DNA of 64,000 bases. It comes from Bacteroidales bacterium (GTDB taxonomy: Bacteria > Bacteroidota > Bacteroidia > Bacteroidales > PUMT01). Positions 39,125 through 48,585 of the stretch are shown in pieces (the first letter of the stretch is position 1; the number at the start of each line of letters is the position of its first letter). Made by a program: the position numbers and the translations under genes. The stretch covers positions 10,010 to 74,009 of the forward strand of contig SLCF01000051.1 in assembly GCA_007125955.1 (NCBI GenBank). Reading direction: 5' to 3'. The notes beneath the pieces were generated by a model. The model was given only the letters and a program-made list of their open reading frames with translations, was not told where the DNA came from and did not search any database.

Positions 39125-41230
39125 ATGGCGGATATTTTGGAAAAGGATATAAAATTCCTGGACGGTGTGGGGCCTAAAAGGGCTGAACTGTTAAACAGGG
39201 AGCTTTCACTTTACACTTTTGAAGACCTGCTATATTATTTTCCATTCAAGCATGTTGACCGCACAAAATTCCATACCATAAGGGAAATAACACCCGATAT
39301 GCCATACATCCAGCTTTCGGGTGAGATAACAGCTGTAGAGATGGCAGGCGGGGGAAACAAAAAGAGGCTTATAGCATATATAACCGACGGGACAGGGGTA
39401 ATGGAAATGTTGTGGTTCAGGGGACTCAGGTGGATAGGTGAACGGGTGAAACCCGGGAAAAAGTTTGTTGTTTACGGCAAACCCACTTCATTCGGTGGTA
39501 AAACAAACCTTGTCCATCCTGAACTGGAGGAGCCCGATAAACAGGAACCGGTCATCCGAAGCACCATGCAATCTTTTTACAGCACTACCGAAAAGCTTAA
39601 GAACAGTTTTGTTACAACAAGGGTGATACACAAGCTTATCAACACTCTTTTTCAAAATGTTTACGGCAAATTACCCGAAACCCTTCCCGGATACCTGGTA
39701 AAGGAGTTCAACCTGATGCCGCTCAATGATGCCCTACTGAACATACACTTCCCGCAAAGTCAGGAGAAATTGAAAAGAGCCACCTTCAGGCTTAAATTTG
39801 AAGAGCTTTTTTATGTACAGCTGAACATACTCAAGCAAAAGGCCAACCGTAACGCAATAGTTGAGGGTTTAATTTTTTCAGAGGTTGGTGATCTTATGAA
39901 CGACTTTTACAGGGAGCACCTTCCGTTTGAACTGACCGGTGCACAAAAGCGTGTTCTGCGGGAAATAAGGCAGGATATGGGGTCCGGCAGACAAATGAAC
40001 CGGCTGTTACAGGGAGATGTGGGAAGCGGTAAAACACTTGTGGCGATAATGTCTATGCTTATTGCTCTGGATAACGGCTTCCAGGCATGCCTGATGGCAC
40101 CGACCGAGATACTTGCCGGACAGCATTACAGCACACTGAAAAAATTTCTCGGTGAAATGCCGGTGAAGATTGACCTGTTAACAGGCTCTACCAGGAACAT
40201 ACACAGGAAAAAAATACACGAGAAGCTTCTTTCAGGTGAGCTACAGATACTGATCGGAACACATGCACTTATAGAGGATACCGTTAAATACAGGGAGCTT
40301 GGACTGGTTGTTATAGACGAACAGCACCGGTTCGGTGTAGCTCAGCGCGCAAAGATGTGGCTGAAGAATGTAAAACCGCCCCATGTACTGGTAATGACTG
40401 CAACGCCCATACCACGCACCCTTGCCATGACCGTTTACGGCGACCTGGAAGTGTCTGTCATTGACGAGCTTCCACCCGGAAGAAAGCCGGTCAAAACTGC
40501 CCACTATTTCGACACAAAACGAGAAAGGATGTTCGGTTTCCTGAGGGAACAGATCAAAAAAGGGCAGCAGGTATACATTGTCTACCCCCTGATCAAGGAA
40601 TCTGAAAAAATGGATTACAAAGATCTGGAAGACGGCTATGAAAGCATCGTTAGAGCTTTCCCTCCACCTGAATATGTGGTGACGATAGTGCACGGACAAA
40701 TGAAAACAGAGGAAAAGGAAGAGGGAATGAGGCAGTTCGTAACCGGCAGGGCACATATAATGGTGGCAACAACCGTAATAGAAGTGGGGGTAGATGTACC
40801 CAACGCTTCGGTAATGGTTATTGAAAGTGCCGAAAGGTTTGGCCTTTCGCAGCTCCACCAGTTGAGGGGCAGGGTCGGAAGGGGAGCAGACCAGTCCTTT
40901 TGCATACTTATGAGCTCTTACAAGTTGTCTAAGGAAGCTATTCAGCGGCTGAAAACACTGGTAAGCACCAACGACGGTTTTGAAATTGCTGAAGCCGACC
41001 TGAAGCTGAGGGGGCCGGGTGATATTGAAGGAACCATGCAAAGCGGATTCCCGTTTGACCTGAAAATATCACATATAGGCAAAGACGCAAAAATACTTGA
41101 ATATGCACGTTCTATTGTTATGCGGATACTGGATGACGATCCGCTGCTGGAAAAGCAGGAGAACAATATCCTGGTAAGAAGACTCAGACACCTGAAAAGA
41201 AAAGAACCTGACTGGAGCAAGATAAGTTGA
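39125..41230 (+). CDS. recG: ATP-dependent DNA helicase RecG
   Basis: A wedge/OB N-terminus is followed by Walker A GDVGSGKT and DEQHRFG. The C-terminal TRG-like region reads QLRGRVGRG. Confidence 0.95.
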   Translation: MADILEKDIKFLDGVGPKRAELLNRELSLYTFEDLLYYFPFKHVDRTKFHTIREITPDMPYIQLSGEITAVEMAGGGNKKRLIAYITDGTGVMEMLWFRGLRWIGERVKPGKKFVVYGKPTSFGGKTNLVHPELEEPDKQEPVIRSTMQSFYSTTEKLKNSFVTTRVIHKLINTLFQNVYGKLPETLPGYLVKEFNLMPLNDALLNIHFPQSQEKLKRATFRLKFEELFYVQLNILKQKANRNAIVEGLIFSEVGDLMNDFYREHLPFELTGAQKRVLREIRQDMGSGRQMNRLLQGDVGSGKTLVAIMSMLIALDNGFQACLMAPTEILAGQHYSTLKKFLGEMPVKIDLLTGSTRNIHRKKIHEKLLSGELQILIGTHALIEDTVKYRELGLVVIDEQHRFGVAQRAKMWLKNVKPPHVLVMTATPIPRTLAMTVYGDLEVSVIDELPPGRKPVKTAHYFDTKRERMFGFLREQIKKGQQVYIVYPLIKESEKMDYKDLEDGYESIVRAFPPPEYVVTIVHGQMKTEEKEEGMRQFVTGRAHIMVATTVIEVGVDVPNASVMVIESAERFGLSQLHQLRGRVGRGADQSFCILMSSYKLSKEAIQRLKTLVSTNDGFEIAEADLKLRGPGDIEGTMQSGFPFDLKISHIGKDAKILEYARSIVMRILDDDPLLEKQENNILVRRLRHLKRKEPDWSKIS

Positions 41231-41413
41231 GACAAATTAGCTGAAACACATTACGGGGTATCCAATTCATGGGATTATGCCGGTTTCGCACCCCATTATT
41301 GCCTGCATAACTGTAAGTATATACAATTCCGTTATTTAGATTCAATATAAATTTAAATTGCGGGGAGTAAACCAAAACATGACAAAAAGCAATTTTTAAT
41401 TGTCAAACATAGC

Positions 41414-41421
41414 TATTTTTG
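41414..41421 (+). promoter_or_regulatory. candidate -7 box (TATTTTTG) for the rseC-rnf operon
   Basis: It matches TAnnTTTG and lies 40 nt upstream of the ATG at 41461. No convincing -33 TTTG was found. Confidence 0.3.
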
Positions 41422-41460
41422 TAGCTTTTCTGATTAGACCCGAAAATTAATAACATAAAA

Positions 41461-41889
41461 ATGGCCTCGCCGGAAAAGGTAAAACATTTGGGTGTAGTAG
41501 CTGAAGTAACCGAAGAGCTGGTGCGTGTGAGAATTGATTCACAGGCTTCATGCGGTTCATGCAGGGCACGATCTGCCTGTTCACTTGGTGAAGGGGGGGA
41601 AAAGATCATTGATGTTCACAATCCGGAGAAAGGCTTTTCCATAGGGGAAGAAGTTGAGGTAATGCTTAATGAGAAACTCGGGTTCAGAGCCCTGTTTTTT
41701 GGCTACATTCTGCCTTTCCTGATAGTTGTTACTGCACTGGTTATACTTACAACCGTAACCGGTGATGAGGCTGTTGGTGGACTTGGTTCACTGCTGTTTC
41801 TTATTCCTTATTACGCAACACTCTATTTTTTTCGGGAGAGTTTGAAAAAAACATTTTTCTTTACAATAAATAAACCGGTAAATAATTAA
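41461..41889 (+). CDS. RseC/MucC-family small membrane protein (SoxR-reducing system component)
   Basis: An N-terminal Cys-rich segment (SCGSCRARSAC) is followed by two TM helices. It sits immediately upstream of rnfB. Confidence 0.7.
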   Translation: MASPEKVKHLGVVAEVTEELVRVRIDSQASCGSCRARSACSLGEGGEKIIDVHNPEKGFSIGEEVEVMLNEKLGFRALFFGYILPFLIVVTALVILTTVTGDEAVGGLGSLLFLIPYYATLYFFRESLKKTFFFTINKPVNN

Positions 41890-41892
41890 GCA

Positions 41893-42759
41893 ATGAGCGA
41901 TGTTATTATCTATTCTGTTGTTTCGCTGAGTTTGATAGGGGTTTTGGCTGCTCTGATCCTTTTTATTATTGCACAGAAGTTCAAGGTTATTGAAGACCCC
42001 CGGATTGACCTCGTGGAACAGGCACTTCCCGGGGCCAACTGCGGTGGTTGCAGCATGCCGGGATGCAGGGCTTTTGCCGAAGAACTGGTTAAGGCAGATG
42101 ATATATCCCACCTGAACTGTCCGGTCGCCTCAAATGAGAACATGGCCGAGATTGCCAAAATACTGGGAAAGGAAATAGCAGAAAAAGAGCCTTTGGTAGC
42201 AGTAGTTAAATGTAACGGGAGTCCGGAACACAGACCAAAAACCAATCATTACGACGGAGCCTCAGAGTGCCGCATAGCATCGGCCCTTTACACTGGTGAC
42301 ACCGGGTGCCCCTACGGGTGTCTGGGACTGGGGGAATGCGAAAGAGCCTGTAATTTCGATGCCATACATATCGACAAGGAAACCGGACTGCCGGTTGTGA
42401 TAGATGATAAATGCACAGCATGCAACGCCTGCGTAATTGCTTGTCCGAGAAATATCATAGAGCTGCGGAAGAAAAACAAGAAAGACAGAAAGATTTTCGT
42501 CTCCTGCATAAACGAAGAAAAGGGAGGAGTAGCAAGGAAAAACTGCAAGGTGGCATGTATCGGCTGCGGGAGGTGTGTCAAGGTATGTCCGTTCGAAGCG
42601 ATCACCCTTGAAAACAACCTTGCTTATATCGATCCTTTCAAATGCAGGTTGTGCCGCAAGTGTGCTCCCGAATGTCCCACAAATGCTATACTGGAGATCA
42701 ACTTCCCCCCCAGGAAGGAGAAAAAGGAAGCAGCTGAGACACCTGCAGGTGAAAAATAA
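41893..42759 (+). CDS. rnfB: Rnf complex subunit B (polyferredoxin)
   Basis: An N-terminal TM helix is followed by the CGGCSMPGC motif and several CxxCxxCxxxCP 4Fe-4S motifs. Confidence 0.9.
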   Translation: MSDVIIYSVVSLSLIGVLAALILFIIAQKFKVIEDPRIDLVEQALPGANCGGCSMPGCRAFAEELVKADDISHLNCPVASNENMAEIAKILGKEIAEKEPLVAVVKCNGSPEHRPKTNHYDGASECRIASALYTGDTGCPYGCLGLGECERACNFDAIHIDKETGLPVVIDDKCTACNACVIACPRNIIELRKKNKKDRKIFVSCINEEKGGVARKNCKVACIGCGRCVKVCPFEAITLENNLAYIDPFKCRLCRKCAPECPTNAILEINFPPRKEKKEAAETPAGEK

Positions 42760-42816
42760 AATGACTGATAAAAAAGATCAAACTTTCTGAAAATATATTA
42801 AAGTAGGAGGTTAAAA

Positions 42817-44148
42817 GTGTTGAAAACATTTCCAAAAGGAGGGATTCACCCGGCAGAACACAAAATTACAGCCGGAAAGCCCACAGAAACTCTTCCGGTG
42901 CCAAAAACGGCTGTTATTCCACTATCCCAGCACCTGGGTGCACCTTCAACCCCGGTGGTAAAAAAGGGCGACATGGTAAAAGCAGGTCAGCTCATAGCTA
43001 AAAGCAGTGCCTTTGTTTCAGCCAACATCCATTCATCAGTTTCGGGAAAGGTGACAAAAATTGACAATGTCATTGACACATCCGGCTACAGGCAGCCGGC
43101 TGTGATCATTGAAGTGGAAGGTGATGAATGGGATGAAAAGATTGATCCCGGCAAAACCTTGAAAAAAGAGATTACAATTTCAGGTGAAGAGATAAGAAAA
43201 AGAACAGAAGAAGCGGGTATTGTAGGGCTTGGCGGGGCAACCTTCCCTTCCCACATCAAGCTTTCCGTTCCGAAGGGGAAAAAGGCGGAAGTCCTGATTA
43301 TAAACGGTGCTGAGTGCGAACCTTATCTGACGGCAGACCACAGGCTGATGCTCGAAAAGGGAGATGAGCTGATGGTTGGAATAACCCTGCTTATGAAGGC
43401 ACTTGGTGTGGAGAAGGCAATGATAGGAATTGAGAACAACAAGCCCGATGCAGTTGATCATCTTACCTCCCTCGCTGTTAACTATAAAGGTATATCGGTA
43501 CATGCCCTGAAGGTTATGTATCCGCAGGGAGCTGAAAAACAGCTTATCAAATCACTCATAAACAGGGAGGTGCCCTCCGGTGCGCTGCCCATAGAAGTGG
43601 GGACTGTTGTGCACAACGTGGGTACCGCTGTTGCAGTGTACGAAGCTGTTCAGAAAAACAAGCCACTTTTCGAAAGGGTGGTAACGGTAAGCGGCAAATC
43701 ACTTAAAAATCCCGGAAACTTCCTGGTGCGCATAGGAACACCTGTTTCAGAGCTAATAGAAGCGGCAGGAGGCATGCCGGAAGATACAGGCAAGATAATA
43801 AACGGCGGTCCGATGATGGGTAAAGCACTAAACACCACTGAGGCGCCTGTAGCAAAAGGAACTTCCGGTATACTTGTTTTCCCGGCGAGTGATTCAAAAA
43901 GGGAAGAGGTGCAAAAATGCATACGCTGTGCCAAGTGTGTCAGCATTTGTCCGATGGGACTCGAACCTTATCTTCTGAATGCCGCAAGCGAAAGGGAAAT
44001 GTGGGAAATAGTTGAAACAGACAGGGTGCTGGATTGCATGGAGTGCGGCTCCTGCAGCTACATATGCCCCTCCCGCTTACCACTGCTTGATTATATCCGG
44101 CTTGGAAAATCAACCGTAAGTAAAATCATCAGATCAAGAAAACAATAA
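42817..44148 (+). CDS. rnfC: Rnf complex subunit C
   Basis: The GTG start is preceded by AGGAGG at 42805-42810. Two ferredoxin motifs are present (CIRCAKCVSICP, CMECGSCSYICP). Confidence 0.9.
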   Translation: MLKTFPKGGIHPAEHKITAGKPTETLPVPKTAVIPLSQHLGAPSTPVVKKGDMVKAGQLIAKSSAFVSANIHSSVSGKVTKIDNVIDTSGYRQPAVIIEVEGDEWDEKIDPGKTLKKEITISGEEIRKRTEEAGIVGLGGATFPSHIKLSVPKGKKAEVLIINGAECEPYLTADHRLMLEKGDELMVGITLLMKALGVEKAMIGIENNKPDAVDHLTSLAVNYKGISVHALKVMYPQGAEKQLIKSLINREVPSGALPIEVGTVVHNVGTAVAVYEAVQKNKPLFERVVTVSGKSLKNPGNFLVRIGTPVSELIEAAGGMPEDTGKIINGGPMMGKALNTTEAPVAKGTSGILVFPASDSKREEVQKCIRCAKCVSICPMGLEPYLLNAASEREMWEIVETDRVLDCMECGSCSYICPSRLPLLDYIRLGKSTVSKIIRSRKQ

Positions 44149-44151
44149 ATA

Positions 44152-45153
44152 ATGAGCAAATTAATTACAGTATCTCCATCTCCCCATATGTACGGAGGAG
44201 ACAATGTTAAAAAGCTAATGTACGGGGTTGTTCTGGCGCTTCTCCCCGCCTTTCTGGTGTCGGTTTACTTTTTCGGTATCGGGGCTTTGATAGTCACGGC
44301 AGTTTCTGTTGTTTCCTGTGTGGGCTTCGAGTACCTGATACAAAAACACCTGATGAAGACCACTCCAACTATAACCGACGGCTCAGCTGCCGTTACGGGA
44401 CTGCTGCTGGCGTTTAACTTGCCGACAAACCTTCCGGTATGGATAATACTTATCGGGGCACTGGTGGCAATAGGTGTAGGCAAGATGTCGTTCGGGGGAC
44501 TTGGAAACAACCCGTTCAACCCTGCACTTGTGGGAAGGATCTTTCTGCTGATATCCTTCCCGGTACAAATGACAAGCTTTCCCAAGCCAATTGTTTCGCG
44601 TACACAATACACCGATGCAGTTACAGGCGCTACACCTCTTGAAATAATCAAAGAAGGTATTAGTGAAGGGATACCTTTATCCGAACTAATGGGCCAGATA
44701 CCCGGTTATTTTGACCTCTTCATAGGTCGCATGCACGGAAGCATGGGAGAAATAGGGGCGCTCGCGCTAATAATAGGCGGAATTTACCTTCTTGCCCGCA
44801 AAATAATAACATGGCACATACCGGTATCGATACTGTCAACCATAATAGTGTTCACCGGAATTCTCTGGGCAGCGAACCCCGAAGCAAATGCCGATCCAAT
44901 GTTCCACATCCTTTCAGGCGGAATTATGCTGGGAGCAATATATATGGCAACAGACTATGCAACATCTCCCATGACACCAAAAGGGATGTGGATTTACGGT
45001 ATAGGGATTGGTGTTATTACCGTTACAATAAGGGTCTGGGGGGCATACCCTGAAGGGGTCGCCTTCTCAATACTCATAATGAACGCATTTGTGCCAATAA
45101 TCAACAAGTATATCAAACCTAAGAGATTCGGAGAGGAGGTTAAAAATGGCTAA
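44152..45153 (+). CDS. rnfD: Rnf complex subunit D
   Basis: Polytopic NqrB/RnfD-family sequence; its position in the operon agrees. Confidence 0.9.
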   Translation: MSKLITVSPSPHMYGGDNVKKLMYGVVLALLPAFLVSVYFFGIGALIVTAVSVVSCVGFEYLIQKHLMKTTPTITDGSAAVTGLLLAFNLPTNLPVWIILIGALVAIGVGKMSFGGLGNNPFNPALVGRIFLLISFPVQMTSFPKPIVSRTQYTDAVTGATPLEIIKEGISEGIPLSELMGQIPGYFDLFIGRMHGSMGEIGALALIIGGIYLLARKIITWHIPVSILSTIIVFTGILWAANPEANADPMFHILSGGIMLGAIYMATDYATSPMTPKGMWIYGIGIGVITVTIRVWGAYPEGVAFSILIMNAFVPIINKYIKPKRFGEEVKNG

Positions 45154-45727
45154 GAGAGAATCAAACTTCAAAAACATGGTGCTCACACTTTTTGTTGTGA
45201 CACTTGTTGCATCAACCTCACTTGCCCTTGTTTATGAGGTTACAAAAGAACCGATAAGGCTGGCTGCACTTGAAAGGAAGAATAACGCCATCATGCAGGT
45301 TGTGCCGGAATTCAACAATATGCCTAACGAAGAGGAGTACACTGTTGAGGTTAACGGTGACGAGCTGGTTTTCTATCCTGCAAGGATGGACGGCGAACTG
45401 GTGGGGGTTGCTATTGAAACTTTCACTCGCAGAGGCTACAGCGGAACAATAGAGCTTATGGTGGGCCTGCTGCCGGACGGCACCATTCATGGCATTGAAG
45501 TGCTGAGACATTCGGAAACACCCGGACTGGGTGACAAGATTGAAACAGATAAATCGGATTTCTATAAACAGTTTGTGGGGCGTAACCCGGGTGATTTCAC
45601 CATGAAGGTAAGACAGGATAACGGAGAGATAGACGGGATAACCGCTTCCACTATTACTGCCAGGGCTTACTGTGAAGCAGTACAGCTTGCATATGATGTA
45701 TTCATAGAAAAAGGAGATATAAAATGA
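45146..45727 (+). CDS. rnfG: Rnf complex subunit G (FMN-binding)
   Basis: Single TM helix and FMN attachment motif GITASTITARA. It overlaps rnfD by 8 nt. AGGAGG lies at 45134-45139. Confidence 0.9.
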   Translation: MAKRESNFKNMVLTLFVVTLVASTSLALVYEVTKEPIRLAALERKNNAIMQVVPEFNNMPNEEEYTVEVNGDELVFYPARMDGELVGVAIETFTRRGYSGTIELMVGLLPDGTIHGIEVLRHSETPGLGDKIETDKSDFYKQFVGRNPGDFTMKVRQDNGEIDGITASTITARAYCEAVQLAYDVFIEKGDIK

Positions 45728-46305
45728 ATCAGGCAAAAAACTTTACCAAAGGATTTGTACGCGAAAACCCGGTTTTCATACTTATGCTGGGACTGTGTCC
45801 GGCACTCGGTACAACAACTTCAGCCTTCAACGGGTTTGGCATGGGTATGGCAACCCTTTTCGTGGTACTAATGTCCAACATTGTCGTATCCATTTTCAAG
45901 GATTTCATCCCCAACAAGGTGCGAATTCCTTCCTATATTGTGATAATTGCATCATTTGTGACCATTACAGATCTGGTGATGGAAGCCTTTATGGGGGGGT
46001 TGCACGCAGAGCTTGGGCTTTTCATCCCCCTCATTGTGGTTAACTGCTTTGTTCTGGGACGTGCAGAAGCCTTTGCCTCCAAAAACACTCTGTTTTCTTC
46101 GACAATAGATGGAATTGGGATGGGCCTCGCCTTTACAATGGCCCTCACAATGCTGGGAGCAACAAGGGAACTGCTGGGAGCAAATGCCTTATTTGGAGTA
46201 GAACTGATAGAAGGCGACGGAATGCTTGTTTTCGTGCTTGCACCCGGAGCGTTTATTGCACTTGGATATCTGATCGCATTGATGAACAAATTGAAAAAAG
46301 ATTAA
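45724..46305 (+). CDS. rnfE: Rnf complex subunit E
   Basis: NqrD/RnfE-family sequence with an ATGA overlap with rnfG. Confidence 0.9.
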   Translation: MNQAKNFTKGFVRENPVFILMLGLCPALGTTTSAFNGFGMGMATLFVVLMSNIVVSIFKDFIPNKVRIPSYIVIIASFVTITDLVMEAFMGGLHAELGLFIPLIVVNCFVLGRAEAFASKNTLFSSTIDGIGMGLAFTMALTMLGATRELLGANALFGVELIEGDGMLVFVLAPGAFIALGYLIALMNKLKKD

Positions 46306-46317
46306 TATTATCTGACT

Positions 46318-46890
46318 ATGGAATATATTGTTATAGTAATAGGAGCCGTACTTGTCAACAATATTGTACTTGCCCAGTTTCTCGGACTTTGTCCGCTGTT
46401 CGGTGTTTCAAGCAAGATATCCACGGCAGCCGGTATGGGCGGAGCGGTATTGTTCGTTATGACTGTTGCATCGATTGTAACTTACCTGCTTTCCACATTC
46501 CTGCTTGAGCCTCTGAATATAATGTACCTGCAGACTATCACCTACATACTTGTTATATCTTCGCTTGTTCAGATGGTTGAGATTATACTGAAGAAGGTGA
46601 GTCCCCCGCTCTACCAGGCACTGGGTATATTCCTGCCGCTTATGACAACCAACTGTGCCATACTGGGAGTTGCAATACTGGTTTTTCAACAGGATTTTAC
46701 ACTGCTGCAAGGTGTTATTTTTGCAATATCACACTCTATAGGTTTTACACTGGCGATTATTCTTCTGGCAGGCATCCGAGAGCACATGGACTTGCTCGAC
46801 ATACCAAAAGGAATGAAGGGCAACCCGATAATTATGGTGACTGCCGGACTGCTGGCACTGGCATTTATGGGTTTTGCAGGGATAGTATAA
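46318..46890 (+). CDS. rnfA: Rnf complex subunit A
   Basis: NqrE/RnfA-family sequence and the last gene of the operon. Confidence 0.9.
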   Translation: MEYIVIVIGAVLVNNIVLAQFLGLCPLFGVSSKISTAAGMGGAVLFVMTVASIVTYLLSTFLLEPLNIMYLQTITYILVISSLVQMVEIILKKVSPPLYQALGIFLPLMTTNCAILGVAILVFQQDFTLLQGVIFAISHSIGFTLAIILLAGIREHMDLLDIPKGMKGNPIIMVTAGLLALAFMGFAGIV

Positions 46891-47130
46891 GGACTCTCCG
46901 GAGTTATGAGGAAGGCACAGATAAGAGGGGATATCCCCGTTACAAGGAAGATTTCCCATTGCGAAGAGGTTATTTAATAATCCCAGACAGATTATCTGAA
47001 ACATAAGAAATATATTTTCAGGTATTCCCAATTAAGTTATCTGTTGCCGGAAAACCGGTTGACGGGTTGACATGGTTTGAAAATTATTACGTAAATTGAT
47101 CTGCATCATTTAATTTAATAATCCTTTGCC

Positions 47131-47853
47131 ATGATCAAAATTATTAACCTTATCCTTTTCGCAGTAATGGTGGTAATGAACTACCTGGCCAACGCCCTTC
47201 CTATTAACGGAAAGACAACAGGCGAGTTGTCGGCACAATACGAAAACCTTTTTGTTCCCGCAGGAATAACCTTTTCGATCTGGGGAGTAATTTATCTTCT
47301 GCTTTTAATTTTCTGCATTATACAGTTCAGGGAAGAGAACAGGGAGATAGTGGGCTCCATAGGAATTGCCTTCGGGATAACCTGTCTTCTGAATGCATTA
47401 TGGATAGTGGCATGGCACTATGAACAGGTTCCCCTTTCACTGTTAATTATGCTGGGGCTTCTGGCAGCACTCATTTTCATTAATTATGCAATACGCGACC
47501 TTGCCCCCGGCTTCACAAAGGCGGCCTTCGGGATATACCTGGGATGGATCTGCATAGCGACCATTGCAAATGTGACTGCATTACTGGTAAGGTACAACTG
47601 GGGAGGATGGGGCATACCTGAAGAAGCCTGGTCGATTGTTATGATAGCTGCAGGCACGGCGATAATTGCCCTGACAGTTTTCAGGATGAACAACCCGTTT
47701 ACCGGACTGGCAGCCATATGGGCATTTACAGGTATAATAATCAAGAGACAGCACGATTACACTTCAATAGTCATTGCTGCTGCCATAGCCATATTGGTGA
47801 CCGCAATTGTCACTGCAGCTGTGTTTTTCAGGAAACAGTCACCTGTGGCATAG
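47131..47853 (+). CDS. polytopic membrane protein, TspO/MBR-like (tryptophan-rich sensory protein-like)
   Basis: There are 5-6 predicted TM helices that are Trp-rich. The N-terminal NYLANALPINGKTTGELS motif resembles TspO-related annotations. The assignment is from memory and tentative. Confidence 0.4.
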   Translation: MIKIINLILFAVMVVMNYLANALPINGKTTGELSAQYENLFVPAGITFSIWGVIYLLLLIFCIIQFREENREIVGSIGIAFGITCLLNALWIVAWHYEQVPLSLLIMLGLLAALIFINYAIRDLAPGFTKAAFGIYLGWICIATIANVTALLVRYNWGGWGIPEEAWSIVMIAAGTAIIALTVFRMNNPFTGLAAIWAFTGIIIKRQHDYTSIVIAAAIAILVTAIVTAAVFFRKQSPVA

Positions 47854-47876
47854 GCTTATTTTAACCATTTTTAAAA

Positions 47877-48572
47877 ATGAAGCAAAAAGATATAGTTTTT
47901 ACTCTTGCAACCATTGCATTCTTTCTCGCTTTTATTCTTTACCGTCCTCTGCTTGAAGCATACCGGGATTTTAACCTGCAACACGGTATGGTTAGCAGTT
48001 TCCTGAAGTTTGCAATACTTGCCACACTGGGTGAGGTTATCGGACTGCGAATTAAAACGGGAAAATATAACAGGCCCGGCTTCGGGATATTGCCCCGTGC
48101 TGTTGTCTGGGGAGTAATAGGACTGACAATACAGATGGCATTTATAATATTTTCATATGGAACCCCGGCGTTTCTGGAGTATCTTGGACTGGAAGGAAGC
48201 TATGAAATGTTGAATGATAAGGGACTGACAGCCGGCAAAATTCTTGTTGCATTCTGCATCAGTGTGGCAATGAACATAATCTATGCCCCCGTAATGATGA
48301 CCACGCACAAAATAACCGATACACATATTGAAACCAAAGGGGGAACGCTGAAAGGACTTTTCAGTCCGTTAAAAATGGGAGATATAATGGCCGGGATCAA
48401 CTGGCGTGTGCAATGGAGTTTTGTATTCAGGAAAACAATACCCCTTTTCTGGATCCCGGCCCATACAATAACTTTCCTGCTGCCCGCCGAATACAGAGTG
48501 CTCTTTGCAGCCCTTCTGAGCGTTATGCTTGGGATTTTCCTTGCCGTTGCAGCAGTGCTGGGCAGGAAATAA
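47877..48572 (+). CDS. hypothetical integral membrane protein
   Basis: 231 aa with several TM helices and no recognised family. Its last 11 codons and stop lie inside the left 48-bp direct repeat. Confidence 0.6.
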   Translation: MKQKDIVFTLATIAFFLAFILYRPLLEAYRDFNLQHGMVSSFLKFAILATLGEVIGLRIKTGKYNRPGFGILPRAVVWGVIGLTIQMAFIIFSYGTPAFLEYLGLEGSYEMLNDKGLTAGKILVAFCISVAMNIIYAPVMMTTHKITDTHIETKGGTLKGLFSPLKMGDIMAGINWRVQWSFVFRKTIPLFWIPAHTITFLLPAEYRVLFAALLSVMLGIFLAVAAVLGRK

Positions 48573-48585
48573 TATTTTATCAAAA
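48538..48585 (+). repeat. left copy of a perfect 48-bp direct repeat
   Basis: tccttgccgttgcagcagtgctgggcaggaaataatattttatcaaaa is identical to 53961-54008. It contains the palindrome CAGCAgTGCTG, the stop of the 47877..48572 gene, and the terminal Phe codon plus stop of the opposing OMP gene. Confidence 0.95.

Noticed and set aside
40241-41041. A 266-aa antisense ORF lies inside recG. Similar long antisense ORFs occur at 45218..45736 (rnfG), 54534..55103 (SLC13), 15438..15989 (purL), 52245..52742 (MMPL), 60054..60536 (umuD) and 12600..13118 (protease).
   Set aside because: The recG and rnfG cases are exactly codon-aligned shadows of strongly supported genes; antisense stops would need sense TTA/CTA/TCA codons. 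Their translations are low-complexity and Ser/Pro/Cys/His-rich, with no recognisable motifs or start context. I treat them as non-coding, though ribosome profiling would be needed to exclude expression.
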